Source: Ginglymostoma cirratum
Taxonomy: Eukaryota
DNA length: 64,000 bases
Assembly: GCA_024137785.1 (NCBI GenBank)
Contig: JAHRHZ010000105.1
Span: 3,792,192 to 3,856,191 of the forward strand
Reading direction: 5' to 3'
The notes under the pieces were generated by a model. It was not told the origin of the DNA. It worked only from the letters and a program-made list of their open reading frames with translations, and ran no database searches. The translations under genes were made by a program, and so were the position numbers. Positions 1 through 14,099 of the stretch are shown here, piece by piece. Positions within the stretch are counted from its first letter, which is position 1. The number at the start of each line of letters is the position of its first letter.

Positions 1-2699
1 CAACTTTCAATAAGCCTTCATACTATGCTACGTTTATTTTGCCAAGTTTGTCTTTTTTTTGGGTGGGGGGGGGCGTGTGGGGGGGGGGGGAATGAAGTGG
101 GTAGAGGTTAAAGAAGCAACTCAGAAGTCCGTGGCCTTCATTAGGTGAATACTTCACATCTATTTGGATTGAGTGAGGAGACGAACGGATTGATTTTTAT
201 TAACGTGCAGTGATTTTCTACAACGCAGCGCTCAACTGCCAAAGGAGTCACTTCATAAATTCGAGGCTAAATTCGTGCGTTAAAAAAGTGCTCCTTCTGC
301 CTATAAGTAAGACAGGTCAAAGAACTTTAGACACTATTGTTCATTATTTTCAATCGTGACTTGGCTGAATAAACAACTTTGCAACTTCCCAACTTCTTAT
401 GAGTGAACAATTTTCGGTAATTACATTTTCTTGAACCTATTATTTTGCCTGTGATCTACTTCTGCGTCTGGGAAAAGAGTCAGTTTCAACAATGGACATT
501 TTAAAAAAATACTGTTCAAGATGGAACCACAACTTTACCAATTTCGAAATTCAGGGATTCTAAGTTAAAATCTCACGTGGTGGTAAGATATTTTACTTGA
601 ACATGCCGACGCAATGTCGGAAATTGCCTATTATTCTTGGGGAGCAAATTATTCCAGATTGTTGTCAAACAAAATATCTGAATTATTCTAAATCGGATTT
701 ATAACAAAAACATCAATTCGGAATTTGGAACGCGATAATAGGACGTGATATAACATGAACATTGTGCACAATATATACCTTGATATAGTGTAGTTTATTT
801 AATGCTAACTCAATTAGTCCACCTACCCTTCTATCTTTTTCTATCTGATAGATAAGTAGAACATTGAACTCTGGGAAATGGTTCAGGTATGGAATGAATA
901 TAACCTGACTTACCGCCGTAATGCTGCTAGTTCTCGATCCAAGGTGCAGCTGCTGAAGGGGTCTTTATAAAGAACCAAGACTGCAAAAAACAAAGAAAAA
1001 GGCTAACCTTCGATCAAGTAAACTGTTACAAAATCGAATTCGTTGTGCACAACCTGTGAAGAAATCGACAGCGTATGCGAGCAAGTGATAGTAAGAACCA
1101 TCTAAAACTGGAACGTCAGGAATCAGGATAGAATTTGCATTAGTAATAATGTATTAGAAATGGCAGCGTAATGTACTCACAGATAAACATTAATTGTCAA
1201 CGCTTTAATTTATATATTTATATGTTATACGTATATTGGTCTGCTCACCCAACCAGTATTTTGACACTTTTAATTGAAATAATATGCTGTGTGTATTTTT
1301 GAAATTGCTTTTGTAAATCTATTTGTGCTTAATCATTGTGTTTCGTACATTTTTTGTGGAATTCTTTCCGAAAGTGATCAATAAATTAAATCTTTGCCAC
1401 CCTAAACCACTTAATTGCCTGATTTTATTATCTCCTTACTATTGTTTGCCAATCTTTAGTTTAAAACACATGACATTTAGTCAGTTTTATACACCATTTG
1501 GATTAAACAGGCGTTTATTCAACTTTGGGCTTTCAACAAACAATGAAAATTACATTAATACATAATTGTAAAGTGTTTGCATTGCCCAAATGTATGCTTG
1601 CTATTTTACTTTGAACAACTATTCAAAATTAGAATCACTACGTTGAATTATTGAAAATTTAGTTTCTTATTTTAAAATCGGTGATTTCATTATACCCAAA
1701 TTCTCTTATATTGCAATAAAAGGTAAAGTGAGGAAGCTGACGTCTTTAATAATGAAAATTGTTACATTCTTTCATATGGTTCTGCTATTGGTCCCGAGTA
1801 AAATATTCGTTACACCTTACCTCCAAAATATATCAATTCCGGAAAGACAAAACACACAATGCGTTCTGACCTCCCGGAATAAAATGCTTCCTTACGTCCG
1901 AAAGCGGCAACAGTTACGCATGTTGAACCATTAACTTTTCCTATCGAATGAATTAAATTGCAAATATTTTAAAGGGTTAAAGACGAAAGGGAGAAATGGA
2001 AAAGTAATATTCTTCGTCAAATCTTAATAATAAAGATTACGCACTTATATGTGACTAGACGCCGGCAGCGCAGCAGAACAAAGGAGAAAAAAACGGGGTG
2101 CGGGTTAATGCAAGGATTCACCTGCTAGCTTTAATAAACAAAAGACTTCTGTGTTTTCATGTAAAACCTTCAAAAAAGTTGAATATACATTTATGTTAAC
2201 TTTAATGGATTTTCGAGATATTTATTCGTCGGCATGGTTCGATTCCTGGGACAAATGCAATCGAAAAGGCTTAGTTCTTTGCTGCGGACTGCTAAACTCA
2301 TAAATTATTTACCTTGTCTGGGAAACAAATGTTCATGAATCATTGGTTGCCATAATCGGCAATGATTAAAATTCGTTTTTTGTTTGCTAAATTAACATGA
2401 AGGCATCCAAAGGAAAAAGAAGACGGAAAAGAGCGTTGATATCGATGCATGGAGAGGGATCTGAATTAGGACTCCTGAAATCACATATAGACCCACACAC
2501 GCGCATTCACAGTTGAGTAAAATACATTGAGAATTATTCTTCCAGTGAACTAATTTACAGTCGTTGAGTATCAGGAGGACACTTAAACATTTGCAGTTGG
2601 GCTAAGTGGATAAAAAAAGGGAAAAGAACTAAAATATGACTTGGCTCATTGTGACACACATAAGCCTCTCTCTGAATGACCTTTCCTTGAATAGTAATA

Positions 2700-2990
2700 A
2701 CTCACCACATTAATGATCAATCAGCGGGAGGGTTTGAAATGTGTCCAAAATAACAATCCGTCCCACTATCCCAGGCTTTCTCTGCGATCGCATATAATCC
2801 TTTTATAAGAGATATTGGACGGCATACATATCTTCCCCCTGACCCGATTTGTTTTTTAAATGGCCTGCTGTAAATAATCAGAGTACTGACTGGGTGATCA
2901 CAGCCCGGAGACACAGGCGAAGGCCTTCCATCCAAATGCCAGAGTAAATGCGCTTGGATTATGCATTCACGTGGTCAGTACGTCAACGTT
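2700..2990 (-). promoter_or_regulatory. Candidate HoxB3 alternative promoter plus short non-coding exon
   Basis: TGACGT and CACGTG at about 2965-2985, CCAAT at 2814-2818, TATAAAA at 2801-2807 and the donor G|GTGAGT at 2705 are all in Hox orientation. Confidence 0.45.
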
Positions 2991-5452
2991 TCCCCATTTT
3001 ATACAGACTTTAGCAATTGTTAATTGAACTCTTTTTTGTGCATGATCGTTGAAATTTGGGCATTTCAAAAACTTCTAGTGGATGACGAGCGGCACTCCAC
3101 GTTCTGTCTTTTCGTAGAAGCTGTTTGCAAAGGTAGGTCGTTACTTAAATAGAAATCAAAATAAGATCATATAATTAGCTTCTTCGAAGAACACAAGGTC
3201 AGGAGAAGTAGAGATTGAGCAACTTTTATGTTACTTTTTACACCTCTTCAGCCTCTCTGCTGAAGTAAAGCGGCAATTTGATTCTTTTTAGCAGGCCTGG
3301 GACGCCTGTTTTGGATCAGGACAGATAATATGTGGTTTCCCCAGTCTTGTTTTGTAGAATACTTGAGAAAGTGGGCTTGGTATACACCCACGCACGGTCT
3401 GTCAAAGTAATGTGGGACTCCAAAATTAAACGCCTTATTTATTCTCAACAAGCAAAGAATTAGTTCACAGCCATCCGCATTCTTAAGCAAGATAGTAATA
3501 TATCCAACATCAAAGTTAGCAACATATCTTTGACTTAAGGAAGTCTTATACATTCTCATTCAGCATACTTAAGAGTAAAGTTACTTGAAAAGTTAATTAT
3601 TTTCACATAAATCATAGTAAAACATATGAAACAGTCGTAAAACATGTATTATATGCGTGTTATTTTAATATAAAATATATAATATTATCGTACGTGCATT
3701 TTTTTCCGAACATTTCAAATTTGACGGTCTGATTTAGGTAAACGTTACTTGAAATCAAAATGTGGTTTAAAGTAAGAACTATTAATCAAGTTGCAATTTA
3801 CAAGCACGTTATACACTCATCGGAATGTGCTCAGGCGTCGTATTTTAGGCCGTTATATTAAATGCAGAAGATAAAGATATCGCCTTCCTTGGATAATGTG
3901 TTCTCTAATATTTATGCACGCTTTTTTAACATATAAAAGTGAATGCCAGCCGTGCAAAACACGTTGCATAATGTACACTGGCACGTTTCCAAATGTACCT
4001 TTTCATCTGACCTATTAATGCATAACTTGTGTTTAATGTGACATTTGACCTGTAGCACAGTGACGTGCTACAGCGGTTTGTGCTCTGCAACTTGCCTTGT
4101 ATCACTGGCCTTTCATTTTACTTCTCAAACGGCCGAGAAATTAAAGTAAACTTAAAACTGACAAACTAATACAAATAAAGATATTGATTTAAATTAACGA
4201 GAACGATGATGGGGGGAGAGTAGATGGGGGGGGGGGGGTGCGCAGCGTTAGTGGTTGAGATGCCTGGCATGAGTCAAAGGGAGATCAATAGGGTTACTGT
4301 ACAACTGGAACAGAGGGTCTTTGATCTACGACGCTAAGCAGAATTGCAGTGACAAACTCTACGCCTAGCTTGCAAGATAATGCAAGAAAAGCGTCTGTGC
4401 TACAAGAAAGAGTTAATTTTTAGTAAGGATGACTTTAATGTTATTGTCCTTTAACCAAATAATTTGCAACCCAGGACGTAAAAAGAACACTTTGGAATCT
4501 GGAACAGTGTTTGCAGCCAGTAAGAAAATAAAATGAAATAATATTCGAGTTTTCCATTTGGATTTCATTTCAGAAAAAAAGACAAACCTCTGCTGTAAAA
4601 TAGTTAGTTCTGTTAACGTGCCAAACACGATGAAATTCAACTTGATTATTCCTAGATCCATTCTGACGCCTGCAGTACTAACTATCTGCCTCACCATACG
4701 AAACAATTGGTACATTTTCATTTCGCCTGGGGCTGGCTACAGCATATAAAAATGATTTGTTAAAAATGGAGAGGAATTTAATGCAAACCCATTTTCTGCT
4801 AACATCAAACGTCGCCTTATCGCTAGCCGTCTATCTGGCTACGAATGCCTAAGGAAATGAAAACCCATTAAAACGCTTTCCGTTCAACAGAACGTTGTAC
4901 TCCCATGAATTAGAAAATGTTCCAGTAATTTTTTTGGTACTACCTTAAGGTGGTGGACCCTTTACCAGAACCGCGTTCTTGTGTATTCCAAATTAATGAT
5001 TATATTCTCAAGAGTATTGAGTAATGTAGAAATTATTTTTCCTATAGGAATAAATACAGGGATGTAGCAAGTCGGCAAAGTTGAAAGAAGTGATGTGTTT
5101 ATCTCTCTCTGTCTCCCTTTTTCTCAAGGTTTCAAGGAAAATGCCAAGAGATTGAGTTGAGGAAGTTTAGCGGTCAACACTGGATGGACCTCAGTTTGGA
5201 AACTTTCAAAGTATAATAAGTAAACACGGTTTACCCAGGTCATAAATCATGTGCACATTCATCTTTAGGATAACACCCTCCCTAAAAATGCTTTTGAAGC
5301 TTCTTGCACGAATTCGGAGGTGTCAATGACCATCAAAGGTAGATCCAAACCAAACGTTTAGTTGTTTGTTAGATCTTTAGGATGTTTGAAGCGGAAAAGA
5401 ATTTTCAGAAGAAATCTTCGCCGCCCCCTTGGAAAATAGCACTTTTGCTTGC

Positions 5453-5473
5453 GGGGGGGGGGGGGGGGGGGGG
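5453..5473. repeat. Poly-G homopolymer (21 nt)
   Basis: Read directly. Similar G runs occur at 61-90 and 4226-4238. Confidence 0.9.
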
Positions 5474-8400
5474 CGCTGGTGATGGGATGATGTGTGTGAG
5501 GGGTGGGGGAGTTGGTAGCCTGGTGTGGGAGAGACCACGTCTGTCTTAATCCGTTACACACAAAAAGTCAGCAATAGTTCACGGAAACCAACCGGGGACC
5601 TTTCTCTCAGGTCAAGCTATGGGCCATTAATTATATCCAGCTTGGAATTCAGAGCTGCAGAGGAGAAAAAATGTTTAAACTGCAGTTTACTTGGTTCGTT
5701 TACCTGTTGGATTATAGCAATGGAACTTGGAAAGCAATCACTGAATTTGGTCTTTCATCACAGGTGGTGGAGCTCAGTTATACCCCCCACGGGAGGAAAA
5801 ATATTTATTGGACCCTTGTGGATTTAAAAGAAATGCATTCTGGAAGATCTCGGGAGCGTCATCGAAAGATGCATGGGTTCGCTTGACAGGAATGGATTCA
5901 AAAGCAGTTGGACTGCGAAGTTACAAATGGCCGGTTCCCAACTAGCCGTATACGTGAACGGACTTCCTGCAAAATCTGAGTAGTTTAATTATGTCGGAAG
6001 CTTAATTCTGCACGTGCTGTTAAAAATATCCAGTGTTAATGTACACTCAACGCGATTTAAGGGTTAGGCTACTGCCAAGATATAGGCCAGAATGGTAAAC
6101 AGAAGGTGAAATATAGATGTATGTAACGTGTCCAATAGGAACTGCTCTGGTGTAAGGATGTCAGAAATTGCTGAGAATACGCAGAACAACATTAGCGGAC
6201 TCCTTTACAATATCGGACCCGCCAGCTAAATATGCTGTGATATTTAACAGCGGGCGACAGTGAGTAAGAGATGCAGAAATAGAGTGAGAGAAACATAGGC
6301 AGAATAGAAAGAAAAAGAAGAAAGCAATAGTGAAAAAAATTCAAGATAAAAACAATGCTAGTTCTTGAGCTCATTGCTACAGTCTCACTATGTCAATTTC
6401 CTAACAATGTCTATGTGATTTATAAAATGATTACAATCATTACTTTCAAGCAAATAAACCTCAAATCTCAACGGAGTGCGAACAGGGCATCACCTTATCC
6501 TATTTTTGTTCCTCCAATTGCAACAATTTCGGACAATTGCTCCTTAGAGACCGACCACATTTCAACACAAAGGAAAGGGGGAAAAGAACATGGAAAATTT
6601 GGCACAAGAAAACCATTAGCTTTTTGGTAATTTGACGCTTTCACTGAACAGAAAAAAAAGATCAAAAATCGTCATCGTTCGCAAAAGAGAAATCTACACT
6701 ACTGGAACCATCAAGTAAACAGCATCTCAAAATTAGTTTCGTTTTGTATTATCAGGGAAGGGTCAGGGGTTACAGTTATTACATTTTCACTTTTCTAATA
6801 GCCAGTCTGGGAACATAGAACAGCATCAATATAATTTATTACCTTGTCTTTACCGGAGCTAATTTCATCGGTTATTGAGAGGCGTTGAAACCCCATGAGT
6901 TGCAAAGTCAGGAACTTTACATATCTACTGCAATACTGATCGGTTAATTATATATCCTTTATGTAAGAAACTATGTGAAATTCTATTGAACGCACATTGT
7001 TCACTTAGCTTCGCAATCTTTGTCAGATGTTGCGTAAGGTTTTCACATTTTACTTTACAAAAGATTAACACCGAAATGATGCATGTTTATGGAATTTTAC
7101 ATGTGATCGATGATCTTATTGTCTGTCTCTTATCCATTCTTGATTTTAATTTTCAATTTAACACATTTTGCAATACTGTCCTATGTAATGAACAAAATAT
7201 AAATTCTTTAACGTTTTGATTATTTTGAAAAAGGCGAGCTGTTTATAAACTGTAGCTTTAGTTTGTTTCATTTTGTTTCCTATCATCGTGCATATATTAG
7301 GAAATGTAAATACAGTGCCATCCTCGCCCACTCTTCTATGCGCTGTCCTAGACACAATCGCTTCCATTGAAAATATTAGTATCTTTTTCCCCATAATTTT
7401 AAACAGCCACATACAGGCTAGCACAATATATTAACAGGGATAAGAGACATGATTTATTATGAGGAGTATAATTACCTGTACATTAAATAGCCATCTTGTA
7501 AGAGCAACGGCTATTCTGGGAGTAGGTAGGAATACTGCCTTAAAACCTCCTAATATATTAACATTCCGTTAAAAGGATTTTATTTGAAGCATATCTGTTC
7601 AGTTTGAAGGATGTAAATGAACGATGTAGATAAGGGAGATAGCAAACCAATTATGAAATGAGACACTATAAATAAATCTTAAACTGGTTCACAAAGTTAA
7701 TTCTGTCAGCTGATGAATAGAAAGTGGGGGAAAAAAAACAAGAGTGGGGGTGGAGGGAGAGTGTAGAAATCAGAAAACCTGAGCAATTTTCCTTCGTGTT
7801 TGCATAATTTTGTTGCTCATGCAGTGGAATGCGATCTGTGGTAGAGAAAAAAAATTGTAGACAACTTGATTTACAAGACAAATAACAAAAACAGGAAGAA
7901 TCAAGATAAACAATGCTGTTCGACATCTCGGCACAGCATCGAATCCTATGTTTTCGGCGTTTTCTTATTTTTGAAATACGGTGACCCTAGTCTTGATGTG
8001 TTGCCTTCTATTGAAGTCACCACTGCTGTTAAAGAGAGGCAAACGAACAAAGCCTTTAGGAGGGGCTTTTCGTTGAGTAGTTCGGCACGGCATTGTCAGG
8101 ATGGTCAAAAAGCACAGTAATCAAATGTAAATTACAGGCTGTAATTTTTAAATATAGAAAAAACAGGCTTCAATCCTTAACATTTTCAGAATATAACAGT
8201 TTATTCTGCCTTTCCGGGTTTTTTTTTTCACGGAATACACATTGCTCTCAGCTCCTCTGAACGTACACAGTGCCATTGACTATGATTCATGTGTGTTGAG
8301 GGCAGAGAGTCACATTATTTTTCCATTTTGGTGCTGGGAGTTATCAATTAATAAAGCTTCAATTGAATCCAGGGTCAGACTTGCAAAGAAATTTACACAT

Positions 8401-9831
8401 CTTTGCTGTGGAAGCTGAGCAATATCCAATTGTGTTCTGATATCGATTTGCTAATGCCTTACCCTTTTCTCTTTTCTCAGGAGCATTTTTTGGCAAATGA
8501 AGAAAATCGACATCCCAAAGGCCTGCCAATCATAGGGCAACTGCGAGTTTTCATTGTTTTTCCTCCTCATTTACAAGCACAGAACCAATATTCAGAGATT
8601 GAGGAAACAGATTATGTGCCACATTTTTAAAGGCATATGAACTTTGTCAATCTATTCCATGGCGGTTTAATCTTATTTCATGTAACATACACAAATGAGT
8701 GAACATACATAAATCTATCCAGTACAAAAGAACAAAGACAAATACAGCATAATTTTACAGGAAATGTATTAAATCACAGACAAATTCCAAATTTGTTCCA
8801 TGTACTTGTAGTTAGTTCACCTGCAATTGTGTCTGTTTTTGATTTCTGCATCTTACATATTAAATAATTAAATTGTTCAGAAGTATTTTGAGATTTTCAT
8901 CTTTGTAGGGCTACCAGATAGAATATATAATAGATAATTCCAACGCTGAGTGTAATTATCAAAACAAACACTTAAAAGGAATTCACATAATCATAATTAA
9001 AAACGACCATTAAATATCCCTCAATAAGAAAAAGATTACCATTCAACTGACAGATAATGGTATTTTGAAAGGCACCCGCGTTTCAATACTGATGTTCTTT
9101 GCCTGCTGCAACCATTAATATTTAACGCCAATCACTAAGTTATTCTAATTTTACTACATAAAGGTTTGCACTAACGATCGGTGTTAAATGTTACGCTGCT
9201 ATTAATGGCTTCAATTTGACTGGCTGTCGTCCAACCGCAGAATTAAAGGACCGAGGCGTTGTGGAAGTCTGTTAGTCTTCGCTCATTTTCAAAATTGGGT
9301 TTCGCAATTCATTTCTGGTCACCCAAAGCGCCTCCTTTACTAGGTTTTTATTCCAATGAGGCGTTGTGTTTTAAAGAATTCATACAAAACTATCCATAAT
9401 TGGTAATCACGGATGCTGTAATTTAAGACCCCCAGCTATAGCTTTCATATTATCCTCTGATCTATTGCTACAAATGGCCCGCAATAATCAACTCTGGGGA
9501 GAGGATTACAACCTTCCTCATTCCTGAATATCATCACTTGCACATCATTCTCAAAGAGCATGATTTATCACACAGACGAACATAAACAACACACAACTTA
9601 CACACAATGGCATCCATAGTGCTGCTGACATATTTTTGCAATAAATCAAGAAAGCAAGAAGGAAAACATTCCCACAAAAATCAAAGAAAATGGAGAAATA
9701 AACAAATATACCACCGTGGTAAATTGAAAAATAGAAGGAAAGGCACTATTTGTCAAATGTTATGACAGTCTTGTAAAACATAAATAACACACATAATATT
9801 TACATAGAGAGACACGAGGCAGTGCAGCTGT

Positions 9832-10030
9832 ACTTACAATAATCCAACCCACGGTGTGTCTCTCTTCCCAAATTGTTTTATTCCAGCCTCTCTCTCAAGT
9901 TATAGGCTTGTTTTTAAAAGGACAGTAGAATTTCACGTCAGACACAGGGAGACCATGTCGGCGATTTACCGACGAATACATATCTATTCTGCAACAGCTG
10001 CATTAATTATTTAATGAGTCACGTGATCGA
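9832..10030 (-). promoter_or_regulatory. Candidate distal HoxB3 promoter plus non-coding exon / late neural enhancer
   Basis: TCACGTGACTCATTAAATAATTAATG (E-box, AP-1 and paired TAAT sites) is followed about 160 nt downstream by the donor T|GTAAGT at 9837. Confidence 0.5.
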
Positions 10031-12215
10031 GGGGGAAGGGGGGATTTCAAATTCATACTCCAAGGAGAAGTGTCACCTTCCACTGGGAGAGAGGAAAATA
10101 TTTCGTATTCTTTTCAATTCTTAATGATTTTTGTTCTCAAAATGATATTCATGCATTGCGAACAACACCTGCTAAAAAGTGGGATTCAAGAGGTTTTCAG
10201 TCGGGCGAGAACTAAAAAAAAGTGACTATTTCAAAGGTTTCAGAGCTTTCTAAGACTCGTCCTTTGCATTCTAGGTCGCTTCTTCAGACTTAGAATCATG
10301 CCCATTCTTAATGGCGTCCTTTATTCATCATAGCTATTACAACTAGAGACATGTCACTACAATCATACATTTCTGCCTGTTTCTTTTCACCACTAGTTTA
10401 CTTCTCCCAATGCATTGTCTTTCCAAGTTTCATACACTATATTTTATCTTTCATATCCTTGTTTTCTGTCGCACAGTTGGCTTTGTATTATTGTGGAATC
10501 ACCATATATTTATCAAGAAGGATCCCTTTTTGCCACACAAGGTCACTTCTACTCTTGCTACAAACCTGGCAACAGTCGCTACCAGTAACATAAATGTCTC
10601 CGAAAAATTTCGAGCAATTAGAAGAACGATGCGCCTTTTTGAAAACAAAATCAACCCAATCTATTTTGTGCTGGTGACATTATAACGATTCGGATCAAAT
10701 CTGTGCTAAAGGATGCTGAATCTCTGTTATTATCAAGGAGGGATGGATAATGTGGGAGATCCTTTTTTGTTTTTGGTATCAGCGATGCTTTTTTAAAAAA
10801 ATAACAATAATTTTGGTGAGAATCATGCTCCGAGAAAACAATTTGACACAAACCTTTCTAACTTGGTCTTGTTTCAATATTCTTTTTGCGGGTGCTTCCT
10901 AATGTGCACACCAGCAATGTAAATTGCGGTAGGTTTATTTTAAAATAACATCAGAGATTATTTCGTTGTAAGTTTAAGGAATCCGTCCTAAGTGGTCCAT
11001 AATATTACCTGGAACTCAGTCTTTGTTCTCTTCAGAAACCCCACCGTTTTCAGAAAATTATAATGATATAATTTAATGATATCCTTATAAAGCTCATCCG
11101 TCATATTTATTACATTTTAAACTGATGTTAGAAAATTCCAGAGGCTGATAGAAGAGAATAAAGCATGTTCCGTTATAAGAGCCATCTAAATAATTTGGGG
11201 GAAAAAGCATGGGTTGAGGGGCGGGACTTCTCAACCAACAAAGGCAACGTTTTCGTTTATTTGTTTTTAACAGACATTTGAAACTTTTTTTCTAAAATAC
11301 ATGATGGATTATTGCTTTCATGTGTTTATTGTCTTGAAAAAACACAACACGTTGCAACAATAAACTGGAGTTAGAAAAGATGCGGAAAAATTGCGTTTCA
11401 GCTTCCCGCACTCTCAATACAATTTGCATCATATGGTAGTTGTTTCTTTAATCGTGAAAAGGTGATATCGATTTTATGCTCTTAGCGAAGAAAGACCCTG
11501 AATAACAATAAGGTTTGAATTAGGGCGTCCACTTCTAGCAGAGCTATGATAAGAATAAGCTAGTCTGCAAAGCCCAACACGTTGCATGCACGAAATGCCT
11601 TTTTCTTCCATCCCTCACTGCCTCCCCTTTAGCTCGATGTCTATTGTCCGCAAGGAAACCACATGTAATAATTTTTAAAAGTCAAGCTAAAATCTATTTC
11701 TTATCACAAATACACAAAAATGAATCAGTAAAATTCAAGGCATTACAGTATTGAATGTTATTGAATCTTACTGAATCTTCTGTAGAGAAAAGGCAGCCTG
11801 ATAGCAAAACAATGGTTTTTCTTCTCAATGGTTTGAATTTTAGAGACCATCCTGAAATGCAGTTGTGAAGAGCAGCACGCACACGTACACGGACATAGGC
11901 ATGTGTGCACGAATCTAAAATTCATCCCACGGCCTATTCTTAGCCATTGCTGAATATTTAAAAAAGGGATTTCAAAACAAACATTCAAGATCGTTTATCT
12001 TTTTTAGTGCAAGTTGGAACACTCAAGCAACCCTAACAGAACGGACACTCTCAGAAACGTACCACAGATTTTAAATCCAGTGAACGAGGGGTAACCCTGA
12101 ATTTTTTTATCCTTTAGTATTGAGAATGTTCAGATAGAACAGAGTCATGTCTTAAAGGTCAAGGGTTTCAGAGGTCAGACTGTTAGTATAAAAACAGCTA
12201 ATCGGATAGAAAAGT

Positions 12216-12232
12216 TGTCCTTTCCGTGAACC
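12216..12232 (-). promoter_or_regulatory. DR5 retinoic acid response element 3' of HoxB4 (probable early neural enhancer RARE)
   Basis: GGTTCA-cggaa-AGGACA, about 2.8 kb 3' of the HoxB4 stop. Position and half-sites fit the known group-4 3' RAREs. Confidence 0.75.
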
Positions 12233-14093
12233 CTTTCTGCCGTCCTGCTGACCAACCGACATGCTGATTTTATTCTGTAACCTTCATGTATGGTTAAAAA
12301 CTTAATAAAACGATAAGTAACAAGACACAAATTATAAGCAGATTCTACAACCAATATGTGGACAGTGTGTATTACAAGTTGCATATAGCAAGTATGCGTT
12401 GCCATTTAATTGTCAAAAGAACAACAAAGCGATTCAAAGCGAGGAAATCAATTGACTTTGTTTGCTATTACCTTTCCTTTCAGCATTTTCCATTCTCCAA
12501 TTCTGAACATTTTTACGAGTTTTAAGCATGGTTGAGAGACAATCTTGCGATGTGACTGAAAAATTCCACGCTCTGCTCATATTTTTAAAGGACTCTCCAG
12601 GTCGCACACCACTTTTCCCCAAGACGAGCCATCCAGATTTGCTGTTGAGCAACAATGGGAGAAGTATTTAAAGAAAGCAGTGATTAATGATTTCGAGTTA
12701 ATTCTCGCATTTTCAGAACCTCTCTGAGTACAAATAATGCCTGTGAACTTTAGTTGTATAGCTTGCATTCAGAGCCTTTGGCAACAGTCTGGCGGAGGGT
12801 GTAGGACTGACTGGCCTGTTATCTGTGTTTGAATGGAGAAAATTGAACAGCTACTGGCGAGATTCAATGAATAATTCTTATATTATTAACTAAAGTAATT
12901 ACTCATCAAAACACTTCAGAACTATATACCTTAACGAAAATGTTACATTTGGAAACGCTGCATTTCAGATCATCTCAGTTTCGTGGGACCTCCGGGATGG
13001 AGGGGGATGGGGGAAGCACAAAACACATACACATTGGTTAGAAAGGATTTTCTCATATAAGCGACAGATTGTAAATCTTTCTGTTGTCTCCAAAGGCAAT
13101 TCGTGATTTAAGAAAATCAAACTTTATTCGTGTTTCTTTTGTAACAACCGGACATGCGAAATCTCACCATACTGTAAAACACATTCCAAACAAACATCAG
13201 AAAAGGACATTTTGTATCGTGTTCAGATCAATGATGTTTTGCAGGTTGGGTTTGAAGGGAGTATTTTTGAAGAATGGAGGTAGGGTAGAGTGAGATTACC
13301 ATCTCGTTTAGTTATGACATCTAAATACAGTTTTGTAACAATATCTGTTAAATTACCGTTCTAAGGCAAAACACGTGTATCAGTAAGCTGAAACCTAGAA
13401 TCCGCAAATACTACACTTAAATATTGAATATTGTATTGTGCACCCCAGTTAGCTTCTCTTTCTGTATGTGGTGCAGTTTCAGATTCCAGGTTGCATATGC
13501 AATGTGTTATAAGAAAGAAAATTAAAATTAATACAAAGCTTCATCTGACAAAAGAGGTCATTTGTCTTCTTGATTATCTATTTGCTTGTCAAAGCTTGAA
13601 CCATTACATCTTCCAATCCCTTTCCAATACTCAAACACACATGCACAAAGAAAGAAAATGCTAAGAGGTTCTGTAAAAATGATACAATGGATTTAACTTA
13701 ACAAGATTGAGTGTTCTACAAGGAAAAGGGAGGCATGGTGATGAACGTAAACAATCAAGAAATAACAGATCACTGTAGTGAATTAACAAATCTTCATCAA
13801 GGACTGTTTTCCAAACGTATTACCCCCATTAAATTATTGCACAATTCATCTGTATTCACAAGCAGGTGTAAAGGACTCTAACAATGTCAGGATGGGCATT
13901 GTGTTTGATTAGAGGTGTACCTTTCTGACATTTTTTTTCACCAAACCTATGTCCTTTGTTATCACCCTGGCCAACTCACACAGATGAATGAGCTTAAGGA
14001 AATTTGAAGTCATGCTACCAGATCATATTGCTTCAGAAAATGCACCAGCAGACTTGATATAAATAAACAAAGGAAAGATACACCTTGAAAAAA

Positions 14094-14099
14094 TTTATT
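14094..14099 (-). terminator. Likely HoxB4 polyadenylation signal
   Basis: AATAAA about 0.9 kb after the stop, followed by a U/GU-rich tract. Other AATAAA motifs lie nearer the stop. Confidence 0.45.

Noticed and set aside
1323-13664. Many 60-100 aa ORFs in the HoxB3-B4 interval
   Set aside because: They have low-complexity AT-rich composition, often non-ATG starts and no domains. The HoxB3 coding exons are not in this window.
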